A stretch of DNA of 64,000 nucleotides from contig OZ243932.1 in assembly GCA_965214035.1 (NCBI GenBank), positions 1,857,260-1,921,259 of the forward strand, given 5' to 3'. How positions within the stretch are numbered: the stretch's first letter is position 1; each line of letters starts with the position of its first letter. The stretch is from Gammaproteobacteria bacterium (GTDB lineage Bacteria > Pseudomonadota > Gammaproteobacteria > JAJDYQ01). The notes under the pieces are model-generated. The model did not search any database. It had not been told where the DNA came from and was given only the letters and a program-made list of their open reading frames with translations. The position numbers and the translations under genes were made by a program. Shown here piece by piece: positions 31,681 to 40,846 of the stretch.

Positions 31681-32645
31681 CAAACCAGTGTTGCGCTCTT
31701 GAAGGCTCCCATCGGTGCGATTGAATCGAGCGCTTGCAGAATCTCAAGGCTCAATGGCATATCAAGAGAGGTAAGATTTTCCTCGATACGAGAAATTTTG
31801 CGACTCCCTGGAATCGGAATAATATCTTCGCCCTGTGCAATTAACCATGCAAGAGCCAGTTGCGCTGGTGTCATGCCCAGCTCCGAAGCAATGTTTTTGA
31901 TGCCTTCGAGGCGCTCCAGATTGCTGCTGAAATTCTCACCCTGCATTTTGGGGTTGTGATTACGAAAGTCGTTAGCGCCAAGCTCCTTAATGGTGCCGGT
32001 TAGAAAGCCGGCACCGAGTGGCGACCAACACACAAGTACAGCTCCAATACTCCTGACAGCAGGTAAAATGTCGGCCTCAGCCTCACGGCGAAACAGTGAG
32101 TACTCATATTGAACTGCTGAAACAGGATGCACCCGATTTGCCTCAAGGATTTCATTTGCTTTCACATTAGAAAGACCGATTGCCTTCACCTTGCCCTCTC
32201 GGACCGCTTTCGCCATTGCCGAGACCGTCTCTTCAAACGGTGTTTCAGGGTCCAGGTAATGGGCGTAAAGCAGATCAATTCGTTCGATCCCAAGGCGTTT
32301 GAGACTATTGTCAATCGCACGCTTCACGTAATCCTTCCTGCCGTTTATTGTCAAGGGAAACCCCTAACCGGTGTCTAGTCGGCTCCCCGATTGACCTTCC
32401 TCGAATACGATTCCAAATTTGGTTGCAACAAAAGCACTTTTCCCTGCTTGCTTAATAGCCTGCCGGATCAGTTCCTCGTTGTGACCTGCACCATAGGCAT
32501 CGGCTGAATCGATCATCATATTTTGATCGATCACATGCACCAGAGTTTCTACAGCCACATGGTTATCACTCCGACCATAGTAATCCTCCAGCACCATTGC
32601 ACCATAACCGATTTGTTTCACTGGCTGTGAGTTGACACTGAACAT
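31680..32645 (-). pseudogene. aldo/keto reductase, frameshifted (integron cassette)
   Basis: N-terminal 93 aa (32364..32645) and C-terminal 224 aa (31680..32354) of one AKR in different frames; junction near 32355-32365. Confidence 0.75.
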
Positions 32646-32692
32646 GATGACTCCCTGTTATTGATAATCTCGATTTTCTCGACTCATGTTAA

Positions 32693-32766
32693 AACTAACG
32701 ACCAGACTCACCAGCAGCAATGGAGTTCAGCAGAGTTGCCGTCTGATGCAGTACCTTATTGTATGC
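32693..32766. other. attC-like cassette boundary repeat (family member X)
   Basis: About 75 percent identical to the repeat at 35582-35653; begins AACTAACGACCAG; lies between REase stop and AKR start. Confidence 0.5.
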
Positions 32767-32776
32767 TTTTTTTGTT

Positions 32777-33736
32777 TCACAGCTTGATTAACCAGTCGCA
32801 TAATGAAACAACTTGCTCTTCATTTGTTAAGTTTGCTCCATTTGAAAGAGTGCCATCATTTAATTGCTGATATATCTCTTTCGCCATAGCATTTTCAATC
32901 GCCGCACCAACAAAAAATGTTTCAGGCTTACAGCCTTCCACAGAAAATGCTGCTCTAATCCTATGCAGTGCCGAGTTTGCGGTTTTCCAGTGCTCGTCTG
33001 CTCCCGCAGGATCAATTTCACCCTTTAGTTCTCCCAAAGCAAGATATTTCTCTGGATTATAGTATGCTGAATCCTTATTTCCACCGAAAATAATTTCATC
33101 AGGCGAGCAGTCAAACAGACAAAGATCCACATTCTTTTCAACCGTTGTTACAGTTAAATTGTAAATCAGAGTGTGTTTCTTTTTATTAGTGACCCAGTGC
33201 AGGCCTTTAACCTGCTTCTCAATTTCAGGCTCAGAGCTGGAGGACACCCATTTCCTTTTATTTGAATCAAGGTATTCAAAACTTGTTCCGCTTATGGAAC
33301 AGGTGGACACGAAAATTCTTGCAAATCTCCATTCACCTAATGATCCAGCCAGATTTCTCATGCTGCCGCCCAATGAATCACCTCTGGTAAGCAAGAAACG
33401 ATAAACCAGCTCATCAATAAATGACTGACCAGAAGGTTCCAGAAAATTTTCGATTAAACCCTTTATTGCCTCTTGTTTATCCTCTTCTCGCAAATGGTTT
33501 TTCGCCTTGTCAGAAATCCCTGATGCTGTAAGTAATGAATTTTTGATTTCACGTACTTTTAACAAATCTTTTGGCATTTTTGCTTGTGACGCATAAATCT
33601 TGAGTGCCTTGGCTTCTTCAATAAACGGAGTTGCTTTCCTGTTCTTTTCTAATGCTAACGAAATAAACCCTGCCCGTGTTTCCTCATAAGGAGTTATCAG
33701 GCTTTTATATGATTTTAAGTGGCTGTTAAATGGCAT
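32777..33736 (-). CDS. putative type II restriction endonuclease (partner of adjacent methyltransferase)
   Basis: 319 aa; 4-bp spacing from the MTase gene, same strand; no recognisable family motif. Confidence 0.5.
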   Translation of the reverse strand: MPFNSHLKSYKSLITPYEETRAGFISLALEKNRKATPFIEEAKALKIYASQAKMPKDLLKVREIKNSLLTASGISDKAKNHLREEDKQEAIKGLIENFLEPSGQSFIDELVYRFLLTRGDSLGGSMRNLAGSLGEWRFARIFVSTCSISGTSFEYLDSNKRKWVSSSSEPEIEKQVKGLHWVTNKKKHTLIYNLTVTTVEKNVDLCLFDCSPDEIIFGGNKDSAYYNPEKYLALGELKGEIDPAGADEHWKTANSALHRIRAAFSVEGCKPETFFVGAAIENAMAKEIYQQLNDGTLSNGANLTNEEQVVSLCDWLIKL

Positions 33737-33739
33737 TTA

Positions 33740-35071
33740 TTACCCCTTTTTCCATACATACACACACTTCCTTAAAGAGGCCCGCCCATGCCTGCCCATT
33801 TGTTGAGAACTATTGCCTTTACCTTGAGGCAGGACAAGGATATTGACTACTTGAAAATCGATTGTTTCAGCTATTTTTGAAAGCATTGTATCCACAGATA
33901 TTGCTGCACCAGCATATCGAACATTGTCATTGACCATAAACATTAAGCCGCCACTGTTTAAAACTCGATAGCATTCCTGGATGATATAACCCATTTCATA
34001 GAAATAACCTCTGACCATACGAGCGATTCCACTATTATTAAGTTCTTTTTGGCCCTTCTTATAGTCTAAATAATTCAATATCTTCTGCAATAAAGGCAAA
34101 TTGTCACAAATGTCTATGGCTGTCTGCCAATTATGGTTAAAACAGATAAGCTCCTTTGATTTATTTTCTACCGTGCAACTTAACATTGCCTGTCGCAAGC
34201 CAAACAACTCATTTTCATTGATTCCCAGTATGGCATGTTCAAGCGCATAGGTGCGTGTATAGTCGTAACGATTACAGTAAGGAGGAGAGGTCATTATTCC
34301 TGAATAAGCACAATCTTTTAAGGTCGGCAGAATATCCAAACATGAACCTTTTGATAAATTAATTTCTCCGGCTCTTATATTCCTCCGCAAATCTGAGAAC
34401 AGATCCTCTTTGCCACTACCATGATCCATATCATTTTTTATTTCATTCAGCTTTTTTAGAATAGCCTCATCGAATGAAGAAATCCGTCTTTTATCAAAAG
34501 CGTTTTTACTATTCTTGCGCTCGGCTCTGTAATCCCATCGAAGATACTGCCCGTCTTTTCTTGTATAGCCAATGGACTCAAGCACACATAACAGAGCAAA
34601 TAGTAATATATCCTTTATTTTGAGGAGTTCATGTTCCAGTTCGTTTAGATATCGGCCTATTTTTTCATGTGTCTCTGAAGAATATGCTCCATCAGTGATG
34701 CGAAGTACTTCAAAATTTTTAATTTCGCCTTTAGTACTCCAGGGTTTCTGAAGCAGCCATTTTTCTAATCCATCAATAATATTTTGTTTATTCGCACCTC
34801 TGGCAAGGATATTTGCACTGATGATTTTTTGCCCAACGGGTAAGACCTCAATTCCCTCGGAGTCATAGCCCAATGAGGAAGATGCGAATAAGGCCGTACC
34901 TGCACCGGCGAAAGGATCAAGTATCTTACCGTGAATGACATGATATCTACAAAAAAGATATTCCACCAAATCTGCGGAAAAAGCCTCTTTATATTTATAC
35001 CACCTATAGTATGTGCGGGCTTTATTGGCCTGAAAACTAACCAGCTTTCTGGTCAGAGCATCATCAACCAC
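33740..35071 (-). CDS. DNA methyltransferase (N6-adenine or N4-cytosine, alpha-type motif order)
   Basis: 443 aa; motif I DPFAGAGT about 200 aa before motif IV SPPY. Confidence 0.8.
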   Translation of the reverse strand: MVDDALTRKLVSFQANKARTYYRWYKYKEAFSADLVEYLFCRYHVIHGKILDPFAGAGTALFASSSLGYDSEGIEVLPVGQKIISANILARGANKQNIIDGLEKWLLQKPWSTKGEIKNFEVLRITDGAYSSETHEKIGRYLNELEHELLKIKDILLFALLCVLESIGYTRKDGQYLRWDYRAERKNSKNAFDKRRISSFDEAILKKLNEIKNDMDHGSGKEDLFSDLRRNIRAGEINLSKGSCLDILPTLKDCAYSGIMTSPPYCNRYDYTRTYALEHAILGINENELFGLRQAMLSCTVENKSKELICFNHNWQTAIDICDNLPLLQKILNYLDYKKGQKELNNSGIARMVRGYFYEMGYIIQECYRVLNSGGLMFMVNDNVRYAGAAISVDTMLSKIAETIDFQVVNILVLPQGKGNSSQQMGRHGRASLRKCVYVWKKG

Positions 35072-35251
35072 AAAGGCATCAGAGAAATATTGAGTTAATA
35101 AACTGTCCAGCTCGTCTATTTCCCTTAAAAAATTTTCATCTCTTGAAACTTGGGCCTTATGATTTTTTTCTTCGATTAATTCGATTTGTATTTTGCAAAC
35201 ATCCCTTTCGAGTTAAGATTTATGTGCTCCGGCGCAGAGTTATTTGGCCTG

Positions 35252-35566
35252 TTATGTGCTGACACTAAACCAGAATTCAATTTCATCCGTTTCAACCTCA
35301 AACCGTGCGGCATGCTCTACATTGTCAGGTACGTGATACCATTGACCCACACCTATACGTTGAGTTTCATCATTCATTGTAAGTATCAGCTCGCCTTTTG
35401 TGATGACACCATGATTCTCTGTATCATGTGTATGAGGCGGGATTTCTGTTCCCGCTGGATAAGATGCAAAAAGCACATCACTATCTTTGGCTTCCAGTTT
35501 ATATGCGTCAAAACGACCATCATATAGCGGAAGTTGTTTTATTTTGTCAGGGTAATTTCCAGACAT
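35252..35566 (-). CDS. cupin domain protein (integron cassette)
   Basis: 104 aa; cupin motifs PPHTHDTENHGVITKG and WYHVPDNVEH; AAGGAG RBS. Confidence 0.75.
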   Translation of the reverse strand: MSGNYPDKIKQLPLYDGRFDAYKLEAKDSDVLFASYPAGTEIPPHTHDTENHGVITKGELILTMNDETQRIGVGQWYHVPDNVEHAARFEVETDEIEFWFSVST

Positions 35567-35581
35567 TCTTTTCTCCTTATG

Positions 35582-35653
35582 AAATAACGACCAGGCCCAC
35601 TAGCATCAATGGAGCACAGCGCAACTGCCGTCCGGTACAGCGCATTGTTAGAG
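35582..35653. other. attC-like cassette boundary repeat (family member Y; R boxes AAATAAC / GTTAGAG)
   Basis: Homologous to 32693-32766; cassette-strand R'' CTCTAAC exactly complements GTTAGAG formed with first bases of upstream cassette. Confidence 0.5.
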
Positions 35654-36126
35654 CTGACTCGATGACATACAGAATTTTAGCCCATGTTCTCCTCCGATAC
35701 GCCCAGAGAGTAAAACGAGTAATTCTCTGACAGGCTGCTGCATCAATCCAACGCCCCGTTTTGAATTCGATGGCGACCCGATGCCCTTTATTTCTCTATT
35801 CCCAAAGCCGATTGAATTTCGAGGCATCTCGTTTGTAGTTCGGATACCAATGCGGGACGAATTTGATTTCGATGACACTGAGGATAGTGCTGTCTTTGCA
35901 AAGGACAAGGTCAGACTTTAACTCGTAGCCTCCCCGTTGATTGAGGAGCAAACCTGATTCGACGAAGGGCTTAACGTCGGGCAGCTGATCACGTATGGCC
36001 CGGTATAGGCAGGCTTGCAGACATCGCTCAGAGTTTATGAAATCTATTGGTAATCTCCCTCCACTTTCTTCCAGGCCGTGTGCAGCTTTGAATAGTTCAT
36101 GGCATGGACCCCATAGCTCTAACTAT

Positions 36127-36182
36127 TAAACCCAGCGGCGGTGTAACCATCTTCTAGAGCTCCGGGTTATGTGCCAGGATTA
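36127..36182. other. short attC site (R boxes CTCTAAC / GTTATGT on + strand)
   Basis: Cassette-strand R'' ACATAAC exactly complements GTTATGT reconstituted with first 6 nt of its cassette; shares CGCCGCTGGG with attC at 37303-37401. Confidence 0.5.
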
Positions 36183-36783
36183 GCCTCGATCCAGGTGTAC
36201 CTGCGGCCATCCCTCAGTTCCTTCCATCGTATGACGTACTTGCCTTCAATCACTACCTCCTGATCCTTCGCTCCAGTTGGTTTTACGATCTTTCCATGCA
36301 ACGGTTCGCCACCTCGAAAGTACTTATAGATTCCGTTAGCACTTCCGGAATGGAAAGGACGCTGTTCAACGACCGCAAGGAAGAGGCAGCTTGAGAAGCC
36401 CGCCACCTTGAGCTCTTCCAAGAACGCGATGTCTTTGCAAAAACTGAACATCTGCTCCGAGCACTGACCTGCTCTCGGATACTTGAGCTCAACCGCCAAC
36501 CGTAGCTGATTCCGAGGCGTGTCAAAGCACGTAACATCAATCTCTCTTTTCACAAACGACGGGTGTGAAAACCGAAAATAGGACACATTCCTTTCGAACT
36601 GAACCAGCTTTGCCACATTTTTTCTCGAAGAAATATTCCGAATTCGTGCTGAAGACTGAATTCGTTGTAGATTTCGATATGGCCATCGTTCAGTCGCTGG
36701 GCGAACTCCCCGATCAGTGCTTCAGGCTTTACGGAGGCCGTCATCATGGTTGGGCGAGGCAGTGGTAGCACATAACGCTTCAT
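36167..36783 (-). pseudogene. hypothetical protein, frameshifted (integron cassette)
   Basis: Two adjacent minus-strand ORFs (36550..36783 and 36167..36616) overlap in different frames. Confidence 0.45.
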
Positions 36784-36834
36784 TCAGGTGCGCCGCAGGG
36801 TTCCGCAGGCATCACCTGGAATGACTTGTTATGC
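36770..36834. other. integron attC site
   Basis: ACATAAC-GC-TTCATTCAGGTG...CACCTGGAATGAC-TT-GTTATGC; imperfect palindrome with one extrahelical base, unpaired spacers, R''/R' boxes. Confidence 0.8.
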
Positions 36835-37281
36835 GTCTGGGACTTTTTGGGTGTAATGATCGAATGCTGTAATTTTTGTATAGCCTTCTGCCTCGTAGAG
36901 ACTTTTGGCTTTTAAGTTGTCAACTGCTGTTGCCAACTTAACTGTTGTGGCTTTTGTAGATTTTGCGTAGCTTTGAACATGCTGAAGTAATGATTTTGCT
37001 ATGCCCTGCTTTCTTGAATTTTCAGTTACGTACAGATCGTTGAGCAACCAAATACTTCTCATTGCCACTGAAGAAAATGAAGGATAAAGCTGTACGAACC
37101 CTAATGTTTCATTTGCTTCTGATTGAGCAAGAAAAATAACTGAGTCATTTTTAGTCAGTCTCTGCTCAATAAATTTGTGAGCTTTTTCTAAGTCAGACTC
37201 TTGCCCATTAAACTGACGATATAAATCGAAGAGATATGAAACGCTATTTATTTCTTCTTTTGTCGCTTCGATGATTTTCAT
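36829..37281 (-). CDS. GNAT family N-acetyltransferase (integron cassette)
   Basis: 150 aa; acetyl-CoA binding motif RKQGIAKSLL; flanked by attC sites. Confidence 0.85.
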   Translation of the reverse strand: MKIIEATKEEINSVSYLFDLYRQFNGQESDLEKAHKFIEQRLTKNDSVIFLAQSEANETLGFVQLYPSFSSVAMRSIWLLNDLYVTENSRKQGIAKSLLQHVQSYAKSTKATTVKLATAVDNLKAKSLYEAEGYTKITAFDHYTQKVPDA

Positions 37282-37302
37282 AGAACTTTCAATTTTCTTG
37301 AC

Positions 37303-37401
37303 GCATAACGCGGTGCTAAGCGGCGCCCAGCGGCGAAGCCGCGGTTTGGGCGTCCGGCGGAGGGCCGTAGGCCCGGAGCAAACTTGAGCACCTTGTTATG
37401 T
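37303..37401. other. integron attC site
   Basis: GCATAAC-GC-GGTGCT-AAGC...GCTTGAGCACC-TT-GTTATGT; GC-rich imperfect central palindrome; extrahelical base on minus-strand 5' arm. Confidence 0.85.
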
Positions 37402-37408
37402 GACGTAT

Positions 37409-38672
37409 TCAATCGATTGGCACCACGAGAATACCAAGCGTACCACAAAACAAACCCAAGATGTAGAGTGCCAACCACCAGCGAGAATTGAATTTCTCCC
37501 AAGAGTTCTTCCCTTTCCATGATTGAATCTCCCATCCTGCGCGACCGATCACTCCCCAAGCTACCATAAGAATAACTTTTCTTGATAGTACGAACTCTAG
37601 AATATTATTGTCTGGAGCCTTCATGAAAAATTTTGAAGTTGAGGATGATAGTTCATTTAGCTTAAGCGGCTTATCACTGTTGCTATTTAGAAGTATAGAC
37701 TTTCTTAAATCTAATCGAGTACTTATTAAACTACTGTGAGTTGCGATAATTATTTGATTTTGATGGGACTCTGATATTTTTGAAATAAGCCTTTTCATGT
37801 TGCTGTGGCTCAGATGATTTTCAGGTTCCTCTAAAAGGAGGGTATCTAACGTATTATTTTCAGCGTTACGATTCAGAGCGAATTCAGTTTTTATGAAGCA
37901 CTGCTGCCCTTGTCCTTTAGCATCTATCGGAATATCACCTTGAGTCAGAGTGATGTCAGCTTCCAGATTGTATTTTGACCCTGAGCGTATGGCCAGCTCG
38001 TAACTGCCTAATCCAGCATTAATATCTTTGAGTTTATTCTCTTTGAATTGTATTTTTTGTAACCGATATTCGTTGCTCAGGCTTACTCTATTTGCATGAT
38101 CTACAATGGAATCATAGACTGTTCTTATGTATTCGTTGTTTGCATGCTCGCTATTAATTTTTGAGCTATCTATTGTTAGACACCTAAGGAATCGGCGATA
38201 ACCGGAATATGTCTCACCATTAAAAGTAATGAATTTAACAATATAAAATTCAAATGGAAAATTTCCGTTATCTAATGCTAAGACCTGATTAATTTCATTG
38301 ATTAGCTCTTCATTAGGAATGACAAATCATATGCAGCCCGCTAGCATTGATATTTTTCGAATTGTGTTTTCCGTAAATATCGGGATTTGTTTCATCACTC
38401 AAATAAGCTTCGACATGAACTTCAGGTAAGTTCTCAAAAGTCTTTTCACCCGCTGAAAATTCAGTTATCGATCCCTTATTAAGAATGGACTCAATACCTG
38501 TAGTCTCAACTTTATGCCTGCTTCCGCTGGAAAGCAGTTCGATTGCTTGTAATATTGAGCTTTTGCCGGCTTCATTATCTCCAATGATAGTATTAATCTT
38601 CGAATCAAATTCGACTTCAAATTCTTTGAATCTTTTATAGTTAATGAGCTTTAGTTGTTTTATGTGTTGCAT
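37409..38672 (-). pseudogene. AAA/ABC-type ATPase (AAA_21 / OLD-like ATPase domain), frameshifted
   Basis: Walker A GDNEAGKSS (38672..38313), then one open frame to 37409 carrying Walker B LLLEEPENHL and H-loop QIIIATHS; single frameshift near 38313-38330. Confidence 0.7.
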
Positions 38673-38730
38673 GCTTTCCTTTTCCAGTTCTGTGGAAATG
38701 CTAGTAGATTAAGTTGAGCGTATAACGTCG

Positions 38731-38815
38731 GAATAACCTGCAGCTCACAGCGCATTTTGGAGATGTGAAAATACCAACACATTGGAAAAGTGCGCTGTGA
38801 GCTGTCAGGTTAATT
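38731..38815. other. integron attC site
   Basis: GAATAAC-CTGCAGCTCACAGCGCA...TGCGCTGTGAGCTGTCAGG-TTAATT; 18-bp stem with one extrahelical A. Confidence 0.8.
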
Positions 38816-38839
38816 CCCTGGTTAGGCAGCGCCCCTACG

Positions 38840-39651
38840 CTATAGATGCAATCTTCCATCAAACACAATCACTGCTTCTCCACGAATCATTAACTGGTCC
38901 CCAGCCAACTCTAAGCTCATTGAGCCTGTGCGTTTCGACGATTGGAAGGACTCTAGTTTGGTCCTCCCTAGACGGATAGACCAGTACTTAGCAAGGAAGG
39001 TGTGAGTGCCCCCAGTTACAGGGTCTTCTTCAGTGCCACTCCAAGGCCAGAAATATCGGGAATGGAAATCGAATCCGTCTGCGCTAGAGCGCGCAGTAAC
39101 TAATACGCCATTGATCGAATCATGGGACGCTAGGAGCGCCGCGAAATCAGGGCTGAGGCTCGCGAGTAGTTTCGTGTCGTCGATTTCAAGGAGAAGGATG
39201 CGTGTCTCTTCATTGTAAACCGCATTGCTGACACTATCGATTCCCAACGCTGCGAGTAATGGCCCTGGCACGTCGCATGGGTGCGTATCGTAAACAGGAA
39301 ACTCCATTTCAATCTTATTCGCGCGTTTAGTCGCGACCAGACGGAGCCCTTGAGTATTAACGAATGTTGTTTCCTCTACTCCGAATTCAGTAAACACGAT
39401 TTTCGCGCGATGCCAAGGTGGCATGGCCGCATAGCGGAATTTCCATTTTCGGAGAGAAGTACCGAATTGAGTACTCGCCCGTGCCGTTCAGTTCTGTAAT
39501 GAAGGCGGTTTCCGAAAGCATTTTGCTGCGTACCGTGTATCTCAGAAGTCCCAGAAGTTGATTTACGATGTCTAGGAAACCACCAGGCAAAAAATGCCAC
39601 TACTACTCCAAGAGCTGCAATTATCAATCCCGCAACTTCGATACTCATCAC
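38840..39651 (-). pseudogene. PhzF-family (phenazine biosynthesis-like) protein, frameshifted (first cassette)
   Basis: PhzF motifs split over three frames (LSETAFITE...LCGHATLAS in 39590..39387; PVTGGTHTFLAKYW in 39424..38840). Confidence 0.7.
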
Positions 39652-39654
39652 TTA

Positions 39655-39820
39655 GCCGCTAACTATTAATAGACATCCTAATCTATCACAAAATGCGGAT
39701 AAATGATACGGCTTTTCGCTATAATTATTTTAGCATTAAAATATATTGATACTATTGATTTAATGACGCTTTTTGTTTTATCAAATATTTGATGTTGCCT
39801 GAATTCTGGAAAACAAGAAA
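39655..39820. promoter_or_regulatory. candidate attI / Pint-Pc region upstream of intI remnant
   Basis: AT-rich 165 bp between first cassette and intI start; junction motif CTAACTATTAA (39659-39669). Confidence 0.35.
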
Positions 39821-40190
39821 ATGAAATCTCCCTTTTTGAACCTGACTCAAGAGCGCTTACGGCGATTGAACTACTCTCTCAGAACCGAAGAAAACTATTT
39901 AAGCTGGATTAAGCGCTATATCCTGTTTCATGGCAAACGCCATCCCACTGAGCTGGGCAAGACAAAAATGGAAGTATTTTTAACGAATCTGGCCGTTCAG
40001 AGAAAAGTGTCTGCTTCAATGCAAAGTCGGCATTGATATTTATGTATAAGCAAGTGCTGGATATGAAATCACCTTGGGTTGATGGCATGGTGCGAACCAA
40101 ACAGAAAAATAAAACCCGGTGATGTTCTCCCACCATGCTCAGATAGTGCGAGTTGTCCAATTTGATTATCTTGTAGGGCGCACCAGATAC
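39821..40190 (+). pseudogene. intI: integron integrase IntI, N-terminal fragment with frameshifts
   Basis: RLRRLNYSLRTEENYLSWIKRYILFHGKRHP...VFLTNLAVQRKVSAS aligns with IntI1 residues about 20-80; continuation (ALIFMYKQVLDMKSPW; PVMFSHHAQIVR) in other frames. Confidence 0.75.
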
Positions 40191-40561
40191 CAACTGACTA
40201 AAACCAGACCGCCAAAACCCGTATATAACACCATGAAAACCCATTCTGGAGCGTTGTAGTAAAGTAAGCTTTGCAACCAATGCTGTATAAACGAACCTGA
40301 ATATGTTTCTAACTGAGCTTCTTCCCTCAGGGCCATTTCCCAAATGGTTAAAGGACAAATGGCCCCAACCCATGATTGGATAACCACTATGGTAATAGCG
40401 ACCAGATGAGTTATTCGAAAAGCCCGATTTCTTATCCAGCACCATTTGAGGGCATATCCAAGATAAATTGCAACAAGCCCGAACACTACAAAAAAAACAA
40501 ATAGTACATGTATAATTAAAATGGCATCAGCCAGAAATATTAACAGCAATTCTTTCGGCAT
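40166..40561 (-). CDS. DUF2784-like small membrane protein
   Basis: 131 aa, 4 TM helices; 3' end overlaps intI N-fragment convergently. Confidence 0.5.
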   Translation of the reverse strand: MPKELLLIFLADAILIIHVLFVFFVVFGLVAIYLGYALKWCWIRNRAFRITHLVAITIVVIQSWVGAICPLTIWEMALREEAQLETYSGSFIQHWLQSLLYYNAPEWVFMVLYTGFGGLVLVSWYLVRPTR

Positions 40562-40753
40562 ACTTTTTTCACTTGGCGCCAGTAATAATCAGATCTAAAT
40601 CGGAGGTGATTTTCACGCAATCATACCGCAGGCATGCACACAATGGTGCGCTGAATTTGGAGTTTGCGTTGATCACATTGTGCAGAAGATACAATTGCAA
40701 TATCGTTTGGCTTAACGGTCGTTACCTACTCCTTACTTGATAGTTACCTGAGA

Positions 40754-40846
40754 ACATAACGATTGCGGCAACCGGCGCAGCCCACTGTCTGTCCCGCATA
40801 GCGTCAACCCTCGTTTCCCGGCGTCAGGCTCATTGCGTTGTTAGGG
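40754..40846. other. attC-like repeat (R boxes ACATAAC / GTTAGGG) downstream of GmrSD operon
   Basis: Same box pattern and partial homology (CTAACAA.GC, AGTGGGC) to repeats at 32693 and 35582; no strong internal palindrome. Confidence 0.4.

Noticed and set aside
40561-40840. Possible canonical attC with paired L boxes between DUF2784 gene and nuclease operon
   Set aside because: R boxes are present (ACATAAC / GTTAGGG), but the inner arms are direct rather than inverted repeats. It is reported only as an attC-like repeat with low confidence.
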